DNA from: an uncultured bacterium
GTDB taxonomy: Bacteria > Chlamydiota > Chlamydiia > Chlamydiales > SM23-39
Direction of reading: 5' to 3'
Assembly (NCBI GenBank): GCA_964630875.1
Contig: CAZVXF010000005.1
Location: 199-64,198, forward strand
Length of the DNA stretch: 64,000 nucleotides
Each line of letters begins with the position of its first letter. Position 1 is the first letter of the stretch. Of the stretch, positions 20,064 through 28,875 are shown in pieces. The notes under the pieces are model-generated. The model saw only the letters and a program-made list of their open reading frames with translations. It was not told the DNA's origin and did not search any database. Made by a program: the position numbers and the translations under genes.

Positions 20064-20909
20064 ATGCTATTTAAAATAATTTTATTTCTATTTACCGCAA
20101 TTAGCAGTTTTGCCTATCAAAACAGCCATGTCTTTGCCGACGGAAGCCGGTATGAGGGAGAATGGGAAGGCAATGAAAGACACGGCTTTGGAATCCAGTT
20201 CTGGCCAAATGGCGCCTATTATAGCGGAACATGGTTCAATGACTTACGCCACGGCGAGGGACTTTTTGTTTGGGCAGATGGCACCTACTACCAAGGAATT
20301 TGGGTGAATAATTGGCCAGGCACCCATCTAGAAAATCCAGATATCTTTGCCATTCATAATTATGATGAAATCCAAAAGAACTTCCCCAACGTACAGATCA
20401 CAAAAAAAGGTCTTATCTTAGAATCAAATAACGATTATAACGATGCCTTTGCCGCAAAATATTCCGAATACGATCTCCTTTCAAAAGGCCTCTCTTTGAG
20501 AGGGATAGACGCTAAACCAATTCATTTTTCATCAAAGCACGATTTGCAACAAAAGATCCAAGATTCTGAAAAACTTGATCTGGTGTGGTTAAGAGCCCAT
20601 GGAAGCAATCAGGGCGCTACGTTCAATTGTGGATCAGATACAGGAACCGCCGAGTTCTTGGCTTTACTGTTAAAGGATCGACTCTCTGAGCAGGCGGTGA
20701 TTGTATTTGATTCATGTGAGACAGGAGCTCCTTTTGGCCTTGCAGAACAACTTCAGAATCTCTTTTCTCAATCAGGAGTTCATGCGACAATTATCGCACC
20801 CGTTGCAGGCATTGCGTATAGCGGTTTTGATGTAGCGACCTATGAAATCGTCGTATTCATGATCAACCCTTTCACAGGGAACAATGTTGCTAAAACCTTC
20901 ATTTGCTAA
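20064..20909 (+). CDS. Secreted MORN-repeat protein with a C-terminal caspase/CHAT-like domain
   Basis: Signal peptide MLFKIILFLFTAISSFA and three MORN repeats (YEGEWEGNERHGFG / YSGTWFNDLRHGEG / YQGIWVNN). The C-terminal region has LRAHGS, then about 40 aa, then VIVFDSCETGAP, resembling the clan CD His/Cys dyad. Confidence 0.65.
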   Translation: MLFKIILFLFTAISSFAYQNSHVFADGSRYEGEWEGNERHGFGIQFWPNGAYYSGTWFNDLRHGEGLFVWADGTYYQGIWVNNWPGTHLENPDIFAIHNYDEIQKNFPNVQITKKGLILESNNDYNDAFAAKYSEYDLLSKGLSLRGIDAKPIHFSSKHDLQQKIQDSEKLDLVWLRAHGSNQGATFNCGSDTGTAEFLALLLKDRLSEQAVIVFDSCETGAPFGLAEQLQNLFSQSGVHATIIAPVAGIAYSGFDVATYEIVVFMINPFTGNNVAKTFIC

Positions 20910-21111
20910 CAACCTGTTCAAAATCTCTTGATGTACTCAAGCAAACTCACAAGAACGAGATTGGAAACAGGAGTCGCTCTTTTTCTTTTTTTTCATCATG
21001 CGTATCAAGTATATCTTGCCCATCTTGTTTCTTTGTTGTTCACATTCAGACTCAATGGCACGTCGATCAAAAGGATTGCAAAAAATAAGTTTATCTAAGA
21101 TATTTTGATAC

Positions 21112-22404
21112 ATGAATCGAAATATTCTCATTCTCCTCATTCTTTATTTACCGCTACTTGCTAGCGATCATCGCCATTCACAAAGCGCACTAGAGCGTCA
21201 TACGATGCTCCTTGAATACTTTCAAGAAGAACATCCAACAGAAAATTGGTGGGATCGAAAATATTTCTTTGGCGACACTCATTTAAGACATCAGCTTGCC
21301 CATTATGGAATCACAATCGCTTCATCTTACGTTACGAATCTACTTGGGAACCCTGTAGGCGGAAAAGAGCAAGACTTTGCGTACGACGGATCTTTTGGAA
21401 TCTCTGCGAATATCGATTTTACTCACGCGGGTCTTACTGGTTTTAATTTATATAGTGCCATGGCGTGGCGGACAGGAGATAATCTATCCCGCGAAATTGA
21501 TAACCAATTTACCGTTTCACAAATTTATGGATCAGAAACCGTTCGCCTTGCTCAACTCTATATTTGGCAAACACTCTTTTGTAAACGACTCACTTTCAAA
21601 CTCGGGCGTCTTTGCGCAGGCGATGACTTCCTTTCATCTCCCCTTTATTGGCAATTTGTAAACAACGCTTTCGATGGGAATCCAGTCTCAATCTTCTTCA
21701 ACATTCCCTTCAGCGCGTACCCAGGTGCCACTTGGGGCGCCTATGTGGAAGGATTGCCCTGGGATTGGCTGTTGATTAAAGCAGGGGTTTTTAACGCAAA
21801 TACTGAGATCCAGAAGAATAAATATCATGGTGTGAATTTTACTTTCAAAAGCACAAACGGTGTTGTCTGGATTACTGAATGGTGTGTGCGTGTAAATCCT
21901 CATTGTAATGACGATGGATTGCCTGGGAACTATAAGGTTGGATTCTATTATCTTACTGGAAGCCGAGATCAATTTTCTGGCAACAGTGAGCGAGGAGACC
22001 CCGGCCTCTATGTTCTCCTAGATCAGACAATTTACCAACCCGACTGCTGTCGGAGCTTAACTCCCTTTATCTCATTTTTATGGCAGCCAGAAAATCGCAA
22101 TCTTTTCCCTTACTTTATCAACGGAGGATTAGTCTATCGGGGCCCCTTTGAAAGCAGACCAAAAGATGTGGCGGCATTTGGTGTTGTTTGGGGAAGATAC
22201 AGTCCTGATCTCGATCGAGTACAGCGAAAAAATCATATCGAGCCTCAAATCGCAGAGATTGTTCTCGAACTCAATTATTCCATCCAACTCAACCAATGGA
22301 TGTATGTAATGCCAGATATGCAATACATTATCCATCCAAAGGGCCGAGATCGTTATCCTAATGCTTGGGTACTCGGAGCACAAATCAGTATTGACGCTTG
22401 GTAA
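21112..22404 (+). CDS. Carbohydrate-selective porin (OprB family)
   Basis: Signal peptide, N-terminal conserved region (WWDRKYFFGD...LAHYGI) and a C-terminal aromatic end (...QISIDAW), all typical of OprB-like porins. Confidence 0.75.
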   Translation: MNRNILILLILYLPLLASDHRHSQSALERHTMLLEYFQEEHPTENWWDRKYFFGDTHLRHQLAHYGITIASSYVTNLLGNPVGGKEQDFAYDGSFGISANIDFTHAGLTGFNLYSAMAWRTGDNLSREIDNQFTVSQIYGSETVRLAQLYIWQTLFCKRLTFKLGRLCAGDDFLSSPLYWQFVNNAFDGNPVSIFFNIPFSAYPGATWGAYVEGLPWDWLLIKAGVFNANTEIQKNKYHGVNFTFKSTNGVVWITEWCVRVNPHCNDDGLPGNYKVGFYYLTGSRDQFSGNSERGDPGLYVLLDQTIYQPDCCRSLTPFISFLWQPENRNLFPYFINGGLVYRGPFESRPKDVAAFGVVWGRYSPDLDRVQRKNHIEPQIAEIVLELNYSIQLNQWMYVMPDMQYIIHPKGRDRYPNAWVLGAQISIDAW

Positions 22405-22405
22405 T

Positions 22406-22452
22406 TATACCCAAACAAACTCAAAAATCGGTTTTTGAGCTTGGTTATGGTA
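22406..22452. repeat. Palindromic extragenic element (TATACCCAAACAA family), copy 1, imperfect right arm
   Basis: tatacccaaacaaactcaaaaatcggtttttgagcttggttatggta, immediately after the oprB-like stop codon. It is homologous to 46961..47008. Confidence 0.7.
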
Positions 22453-22620
22453 GCCCTCAAAGATTCCCCATAAACGTGAATTCAGTCGCCTCTCTTGGAT
22501 CGGAGGCCGTTGCAGGAATTCGGCTTGCCGACGAGGCGCAATCAAGTACTGACCCACACGGTAACAAAGGAAGTTTTTTGGGACCCGTCAATAATAGCCC
22601 CTTCCGTAGAGAAGATTGTC

Positions 22621-22800
22621 TTATTTGATAAAATGCGAAATTACGGGATTAGACACTAACAATTCAGTACTTCTGACATTCTTATTTTTTACCCATTCGG
22701 AGGCTTTATCCCCATGGGTTTGCTCAAGCCAAAGATATGGGTCTTCAGCAAAAACTTTTCCTAAGAGATTCAAAGATTGAACTTTTTCAGTCGTTATATC
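22621..22800 (-). pseudogene. N-terminal remnant of a prolyl oligopeptidase (S9A) gene
   Basis: The minus-strand translation ...DITTEKVQSLNLLGKVFAEDPYLWLEQTHGDKASEWVKNKNVRSTELLVSNPVISHFIK* carries the DPY.WLE...WV...N signature of S9A N-termini. It has no start codon and stops after about 60 aa of homology. Confidence 0.45.
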
Positions 22801-22929
22801 AAAGGAGGATTCTATAGAACCGATAGACCTTGTAGTCGTGCAAGAAAGGTGTGCATTGTCGACAACCTGGTTTTGAAAGAGATCGCTTAAGCTTTTTTTG
22901 CGATCCAGAGATTCGAAACAGGTAGAATT

Positions 22930-24123
22930 CTAAATTAACTGTGATAAGAAAGTTTGAGCGGGAACAATAATGGGTTCGAAAAAAGAGAAGCAATCTTTTT
23001 GCACAAAATCTCGCTCAAAAGTTATTTGAAATGCATGAAGTGCACCGGTTGCTTTTTGATAATAGTAAAGAGAGGGAGAAATTCCTTTGTCTGAGGACTT
23101 CGTTTCAACTAAAAACCAAGGTTTGCCATTTTTGGTCACAAGAAAATCTACTTCTCTCTTTGATTTGTCTCTTAAGTAAAATAGGCCATATTCCGCAATC
23201 CCACTATCAGTCCAAAATTGGACAGCTTTTAATAGATGAGAAGCAACAAAGTTTTCAAGCCTTGCTCCTTTTTCTTTTACTAAAGACCAATCCCAAAGAT
23301 AAACCTTAGGCTGTTTAACCAAAGATTTAGAGATATTTTTGGACCAGGGCTGTATTGTAAAACAGTAATAAAGACTCGATAAAACTTTCATCCATCGTTG
23401 GATAGTCGGACTGGAAACTCTCACACTATTTGCTAAATTTGTATAATCAACGAGCTGACCTACTTGCGCAGTCAGAATTTTTGCTAAAACCTCAATCTGT
23501 CCCAAATCCTGAATTTTCGTTAAGTCCCTAAGATCCTCCTTAAAGAGAAGATCTAATCTTAACCGTCGCCATCGATTGGCAAAACGAACATTTCTTTGAA
23601 CAAATGGTTCCGGAAATCCGCCATATTCAACGAGTAGATCAAAATCTGGACACGCCTTTGGAGTAGAAATCTCCGTTTCTTTAAAAGAGGAATCCAGTAT
23701 TTCTCGGACAGATAAAGGATGAATTCGGTAGAGGAAATAACGACCCATCATGCTGTCGCCTCCTCTTTTATAAACATCAAGTCTTGCACTTCCAGTGACA
23801 ATGATTCTGACCTGTTTTTCATAAGTGTCAAAAAAACCCTTTAAAAAACGCTTCCAGTATCGGTATTTATGAATTTCGTCAAAGACAACTACTGGCAATG
23901 TTTCGCGTAAATTGTCGAGCCCCAAATGACGCGCAACAGCTGAAGGCCCTTCCAAAATCAACGTGCGATGCACATCATTGTCCCAATTCAAATAATAACC
24001 AGGGGAAGTCTCATTGAGAGAAGAAGTCGTCTTTCCTACCTGTCTTGGTCCTGACAGGAAAAGCATTTGTCGATTACGGGAAAAATGGTCTTGAATGACC
24101 TTTTGATAGATGCGCTCAATCAT
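22930..24123 (-). CDS. AAA-family ATPase with a C-terminal DUF4143-like domain
   Basis: Walker A GPRQVGKTT, Walker B VVFDEIH, and a length and C-terminal region typical of the widespread AAA plus DUF4143 ATPases (recall). Confidence 0.8.
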   Translation of the reverse strand: MIERIYQKVIQDHFSRNRQMLFLSGPRQVGKTTSSLNETSPGYYLNWDNDVHRTLILEGPSAVARHLGLDNLRETLPVVVFDEIHKYRYWKRFLKGFFDTYEKQVRIIVTGSARLDVYKRGGDSMMGRYFLYRIHPLSVREILDSSFKETEISTPKACPDFDLLVEYGGFPEPFVQRNVRFANRWRRLRLDLLFKEDLRDLTKIQDLGQIEVLAKILTAQVGQLVDYTNLANSVRVSSPTIQRWMKVLSSLYYCFTIQPWSKNISKSLVKQPKVYLWDWSLVKEKGARLENFVASHLLKAVQFWTDSGIAEYGLFYLRDKSKREVDFLVTKNGKPWFLVETKSSDKGISPSLYYYQKATGALHAFQITFERDFVQKDCFSFFEPIIVPAQTFLSQLI

Positions 24124-24125
24124 AA

Positions 24126-24187
24126 GACCATTTTAACATATATGTTAAAATGGTCAAGGCCATTTTAACGCGCATGTTATTTTGGTC
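24126..24187. repeat. Perfect 30-bp palindrome followed by a degenerate second copy
   Basis: gaccattttaacata|tatgttaaaatggtc (24126..24155) is exactly self-complementary. ggccattttaacgcgcatgttattttggtc (24158..24187) repeats the outer half-sites. The element begins 3 nt upstream of the ATPase start codon and overlaps the rfbB 3' end. Confidence 0.65.
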
Positions 24188-25152
24188 TTAGAAAGACATG
24201 AATGAATCGTTATCCCAAGTCCTTGACTTAGAGTAGTTTTTGGAATCCAACCAAGCTCTTTTCGGATTTTTGAGGCATCTATAGCATAACGAAAATCATG
24301 ACCTGGACGGTCTTCCACAAATTGGATTAACTTTCGAGACTCTAAAGGATTTGTGTCTGTCAATTTGGAAAAATGATCAATTAGACAATGAACCATTTCG
24401 AGATTCGATAACTCAAGCGCGCCACCAATATTGTATGTCTCTCCCCGCTTCCCGAAATTCAGAATGGTCCAGATGGCTTCAGCATGATCATCCACGTAAA
24501 GCCAATCACGAATATTGGTACCTTTTCCATAAATCGGAAGGACTTGCTTTGAGATCAGTCTCTCAATCATATGCGGAATCAGCTTTTCACTATTCTGCCC
24601 AGGTCCATAGTTATTGCTGCAGTGCGAGATCGTTGTGGATAGGTGATAGGTATTGGCAAACGCTCTTACTAAATGATCAGATGCAGCTTTTGATGCTGAA
24701 TAGGGGGAATTGGGCTGGTATTGCGATTGCTCGTTAAAATATCCATCTTTTGAAAGCGATCCAAACACTTCATCTGTAGATACATGATGAAAATGTATTT
24801 TTGGGAATTTGCGCACAGCCTCTAATAGAGAAAGAGTCCCTTTTACATTGGTTTCAATGAATGGGTAAGCCGATTGAATGCTCCGATCTACATGCGTTTC
24901 AGCGGCAAAATGAACAATCGCAGTAATTCCTTTCTGCAAAATTCCTTCAACAAGGGGCTGATCGCAAATATCCCCATGCACAAATTCGTATCTAAAATCA
25001 TTGACGAAATCTCTTAGATTTTCAGGGTTCGCTGCATAGGTCATCAGGTCTAAATTAACAACTTCACCTTGAAAAGTCGGATTTTGAAGAATCCATCGAA
25101 TGAATGCAGAGCCAATGAAGCCAAATCCTCCGGTCACAAGTATCTTCATCAC
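24154..25152 (-). CDS. rfbB: dTDP-glucose 4,6-dehydratase
   Basis: Rossmann motif TGGFGFIGS, catalytic YSASKAASD, and typical RfbB conservation throughout. Confidence 0.9.
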   Translation of the reverse strand: MMKILVTGGFGFIGSAFIRWILQNPTFQGEVVNLDLMTYAANPENLRDFVNDFRYEFVHGDICDQPLVEGILQKGITAIVHFAAETHVDRSIQSAYPFIETNVKGTLSLLEAVRKFPKIHFHHVSTDEVFGSLSKDGYFNEQSQYQPNSPYSASKAASDHLVRAFANTYHLSTTISHCSNNYGPGQNSEKLIPHMIERLISKQVLPIYGKGTNIRDWLYVDDHAEAIWTILNFGKRGETYNIGGALELSNLEMVHCLIDHFSKLTDTNPLESRKLIQFVEDRPGHDFRYAIDASKIRKELGWIPKTTLSQGLGITIHSCLSKTKITCALKWP

Positions 25153-25973
25153 ACAGACTCCAGAAAACTATGTAGCGCACTTCTCCAGTCGCGAATGGCA
25201 AAATCTTTTTGCATCTTACCTGTATCAAACACTGAATACACAGGTCTTTTACATGCACTTGGAAAGAGGGAACTCGGAACCGAATGAATGGACTTTGTTT
25301 TTAATTTTATCCCCTTACTTTTAGCAAATTGGTAGATTTCCTGACCAAAATCGAACTTTGTCGCTTCGCCTTGATTTGAAAAATGATAAATGCCTGAGTG
25401 ATTCAGTAGATGAAAAATTGCATCGCATAAGTCATTTGCAAAAGTCGGACTATTGACTTGGTCGTTCGCTAAGAAAATTTCTTCCTTTTCTTGAAACATC
25501 TGCAAAAGTTTCGCAATAAAATTTTTTCCACCTTTTCCAAAAAGAGCGGATGTTCGGATAACACAAGAATGGGGAGCAATAGACAATAATCTTTGCTCTC
25601 CTTCAAGTTTTGTTTCTCCATAATAATTCACAGGGCATGTCTGATCTTCTTCACTGAGTGGCCTAAAAATATTGCCAGGAAAGACGTAATCTGTCGAAAT
25701 ATGAATCACTTTCGCGCCAATTTCATTTGCGATACGACCCAAATTCTCAGGACCAAGTGCATTGACTTGAAAGGCAACATTTCGATTTGTTTCTGCTAAA
25801 TCAACAAGAGAATATGCAGAAGCATTCACAAGGTGTGTAATTCCCGGATTTTTTACAGCAAAGGATCTTAGAGATGCAATATTTGTAATATCTGCCTGTT
25901 CTTTATTGCTGCGAATATCGCCCGGAACTGTTTTCCCTAAAAGGCCATCTGCTCCGATTACCCAAATCAGCAT
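25149..25973 (-). CDS. rfbD: dTDP-4-dehydrorhamnose reductase
   Basis: Short-chain reductase fold with YGETKLEGE (YxxxK). Located between rfbC and rfbB. Confidence 0.85.
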   Translation of the reverse strand: MLIWVIGADGLLGKTVPGDIRSNKEQADITNIASLRSFAVKNPGITHLVNASAYSLVDLAETNRNVAFQVNALGPENLGRIANEIGAKVIHISTDYVFPGNIFRPLSEEDQTCPVNYYGETKLEGEQRLLSIAPHSCVIRTSALFGKGGKNFIAKLLQMFQEKEEIFLANDQVNSPTFANDLCDAIFHLLNHSGIYHFSNQGEATKFDFGQEIYQFAKSKGIKLKTKSIHSVPSSLFPSACKRPVYSVFDTGKMQKDFAIRDWRSALHSFLESV

Positions 25974-26482
25974 GCGAAAATCTCATTGAAAAATGGACTA
26001 TTTTGATCTTTCTGCGAAAGAATCGGTTGAGAGACCGGCCACTTGATTTTTAAATCTGGATCATTCCAACGGATCGCACATTCGGTTTTTGGATCATAAA
26101 AAGTGCTGACTTTATACCGAACAAACGCGGTTTCGCTTAAGACGCAATAACCGTGAGCAAACCCTGCTGGGATAAATAATTGGTGACGACTTTGATCATC
26201 AAGCTCAAAGGCAGCCCATTTGCCAAATGTCGGAGAATCGAATCGGATGTCCACTGCGACATCCCAAATTTTCCCTAGCTCACAGCTGACAAGCTTTGCT
26301 TGACCTGGGAAAGATTGATAATGAAGCCCACGAATGGTTCCGCTCTTAGAAAAGGCTGCATTATCTTGAACAAACGGGACATGAATTCCTAATTGTTCAT
26401 ACCTATTTTTGTGATAGCTCTCAAAGAAAAACCCTCTGTCGTCTTCGAATATCTTCGGAACTACCAGCTGAATTCCATCCAT
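25967..26482 (-). CDS. rfbC: dTDP-4-dehydrorhamnose 3,5-epimerase
   Basis: Cupin motifs DDRGFFFE, RGLHYQ and PAGFAHGY. Confidence 0.9.
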   Translation of the reverse strand: MDGIQLVVPKIFEDDRGFFFESYHKNRYEQLGIHVPFVQDNAAFSKSGTIRGLHYQSFPGQAKLVSCELGKIWDVAVDIRFDSPTFGKWAAFELDDQSRHQLFIPAGFAHGYCVLSETAFVRYKVSTFYDPKTECAIRWNDPDLKIKWPVSQPILSQKDQNSPFFNEIFAC

Positions 26483-26500
26483 ATGCTGATAGACTAACCT

Positions 26501-27256
26501 TCATGGAATATTCATTGCAATGACTGTTGCATGTCTTCCTGTATCTTTTTCTCTTCGGTGAGAAAAATAATCCTCTGGATTGCAATGCGTACAAACTTCG
26601 CTCATTTCGATATTTTTTTCTAAAATACCACAAGAAGTCAGTTGCTTTTTTGTAATTGCCCAAAAATTAAAATAATTTGGCTTTACTTGATAGCTCCAGA
26701 GTTCTTCTGGAAAGTCTTGTTTGTAATTTTTATACTCTGCATGATCGGGGCCAAGCGATGGTGAAACACATGCAATCAAATGATGCGGTTGTGTTCCAAT
26801 ATCTCTGTGCATTGCTTCAAAAAATCGCGCGTAAATATTTTGAGCGCTTCCTTTCCAGCCCGCATGTACAATCCCAATGGCTTCATGTACAGGATCATAA
26901 AAAACAGTCGCTTGGCAATCGGCATGCGTTACGGCTAAACCTAAATTTCTTTCAGTGGTAAAAAGACCATCGCATTGCAAAATTTTTGCCATATTCTTTG
27001 CTGTCACACGTTGCACATTCACACCATGATTCTGATGCGCATAAATCACTTGAGGAACATTGATTGCCTTACGAATCATTTCTCGATTCACTTTCACAGA
27101 ATTTGGATGATCGCCAACATTGTCTCCTGCATTCAGAGAGGAGAATTGTTTTTCACTCACTCCTCCATGACGTAAGAAAACACCATGCTTCACGTGAGGA
27201 TATTGCTCTAATAAATCAAATTCGAGCCACTCTACTTTATTTTTTTCAAATTCCAT
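26501..27256 (-). CDS. pgeF: Laccase-domain protein YfiH/PgeF (peptidoglycan editing factor family)
   Basis: DUF152-type motifs: HG...V, TADC-like THADCQA, HAGWKG and the C-terminal CT.C...FSHRR. Confidence 0.8.
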   Translation of the reverse strand: MEFEKNKVEWLEFDLLEQYPHVKHGVFLRHGGVSEKQFSSLNAGDNVGDHPNSVKVNREMIRKAINVPQVIYAHQNHGVNVQRVTAKNMAKILQCDGLFTTERNLGLAVTHADCQATVFYDPVHEAIGIVHAGWKGSAQNIYARFFEAMHRDIGTQPHHLIACVSPSLGPDHAEYKNYKQDFPEELWSYQVKPNYFNFWAITKKQLTSCGILEKNIEMSEVCTHCNPEDYFSHRREKDTGRHATVIAMNIP

Positions 27257-27357
27257 GATAACCTTTTTCGCACCCTAATGGTTATTTAGCAGATTATGAA
27301 TTGTTAAGTCAACGAAAGAAAAGCAAGACGTTTGGAAGTTATTTTTGATAATTGGTA

Positions 27358-28875
27358 TTAATTGACAGCTGTTTGCACAGCGACGTTTTTTTCGCCAATG
27401 AGTGCATCGAACTGCTTGCCGAGTGCTTTCGCTGAGACAATCCAAACAACGATCACACCGAAGAAAATTGCTGCGACAACAGGTGTGCTCCCTGCAATCG
27501 TTGCGAAGAGCAGAAGAAGCCCTTGATGAATGACAGATCCGCCAGATTTTCCAAGGCGTGATCCTACGCCGTCAATCGCTGCCTTCCCTTTCAATTTCGA
27601 TTCATCATTGAGCGGGATGAAAGACATTTCTTTCGTTGCATCAAAAAGGGTATGTTTGCAAGCCCTTGTTACACAATTATGGACAGCTCCTAAAATGACA
27701 CTGAGCACAAGTGGCGTAGCTCCAAAGATGTCTGCTAGCCATGTATATCCCCCTGCATCAAAAAGGACGAAAATAAAGAAAGCCATGCCTGCTACGAAGG
27801 TGACAATGGGAGTGACCAGTGCGCTTGCAGTCCAAGAAAAACGACGAATAAAGCTTCCTGAAACGAAGATCGAAATCAATGTCGCAATCACACCCAACCA
27901 CTTCATCACAGAACCTGTAAAGCCCATATAATCATGGGATTCAGGATACAGTAGTTTTGCCTGATTCTTCCAAACTACCTCTACTAAGTTCATGCAAAGA
28001 TTATAGGCTAATACAATCACTGCAATATATAATAAATAGCGAGACTTGAGGAGATAAGAAAAGCTCGTGCGAAGCGATGTCTTCACTTTTTCAACCGGCG
28101 CTGGACGGTGACTTGGAATCGATGCAAGGTTTTTATTCAAATAGCGGAAAAGAAAAATGGTTACAATTCCACAAGCAATCACGAGCGTGTTGACAAAGAG
28201 AACAGATTGATGCCAAGCTTCAGTCCCATATGGAAGCCAAGAAAAATGCATATTTTGAGATAAACTCTCAGCAATTTGCCCGGCGAAAATTCCGGTCATA
28301 TTCGCTCCAATGCTCCACAGCACATAAAAGCGCTTGGCCTCAGGAACCGTCGTGACCTCATTGGCAAATCCCCAAAATAAAACGGCCAATATAGCAGTTC
28401 CCCAGAGTTCAGACATGACATAGAAAAGTGTGAATGTCCAGTTTCTAAAAACTGCGATAAATCCTTTCAAACCTGTCGGCAATAATTCCTGCAAAGAATC
28501 TGCAAGTCCATGAGGGTGAAGCATTTCTTGAGCGGGAAATAACACAAAGGTAAATAGCGCAAAAAAAGCAAGAAACAGGCCCATCATGAGATAGAAAACT
28601 TTTTCTCGAGAATATCGATTCGACAGTTTCGTAAATAACATTGTTAAAAGAATTGCTGTCGGAAGAATCGCCCAAACTTTGATAAAAGGAATTGCCTCCG
28701 CTCCCGATTGAGAAGCAGTGATGACCATTGTGTCTTTACAACACCGCAGAACGCCATAGCAAAAAGCAATCAGGCAGTACATCAACAGCAAAGGAATAAA
28801 TTTTTTGAATTCGGAGCGATGAACCGGCCAGAAATAGGACCGCCATTTTCCAAATTCTTGGCGCTTACCGTCCAT
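27358..28875 (-). CDS. Nucleotide transport protein (ATP/ADP translocase, NTT/Tlc family), copy A
   Basis: About 12 TM segments with highly conserved Tlc motifs (GAEAIPFIKVWAILP, FWGFANEVT, KGKAAIDGVGSRLGKSGGS). Confidence 0.9.
   Translation of the reverse strand: MDGKRQEFGKWRSYFWPVHRSEFKKFIPLLLMYCLIAFCYGVLRCCKDTMVITASQSGAEAIPFIKVWAILPTAILLTMLFTKLSNRYSREKVFYLMMGLFLAFFALFTFVLFPAQEMLHPHGLADSLQELLPTGLKGFIAVFRNWTFTLFYVMSELWGTAILAVLFWGFANEVTTVPEAKRFYVLWSIGANMTGIFAGQIAESLSQNMHFSWLPYGTEAWHQSVLFVNTLVIACGIVTIFLFRYLNKNLASIPSHRPAPVEKVKTSLRTSFSYLLKSRYLLYIAVIVLAYNLCMNLVEVVWKNQAKLLYPESHDYMGFTGSVMKWLGVIATLISIFVSGSFIRRFSWTASALVTPIVTFVAGMAFFIFVLFDAGGYTWLADIFGATPLVLSVILGAVHNCVTRACKHTLFDATKEMSFIPLNDESKLKGKAAIDGVGSRLGKSGGSVIHQGLLLLFATIAGSTPVVAAIFFGVIVVWIVSAKALGKQFDALIGEKNVAVQTAVN

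Noticed and set aside
22398-22628. 76-aa plus-strand ORF after the porin gene
   Set aside because: Its N-terminus (IIPKQTQKS) is just the translation of the palindromic repeat, and the same peptide appears at the C-terminus of the 53613 ORF. The rest is antisense to the decayed peptidase remnant.
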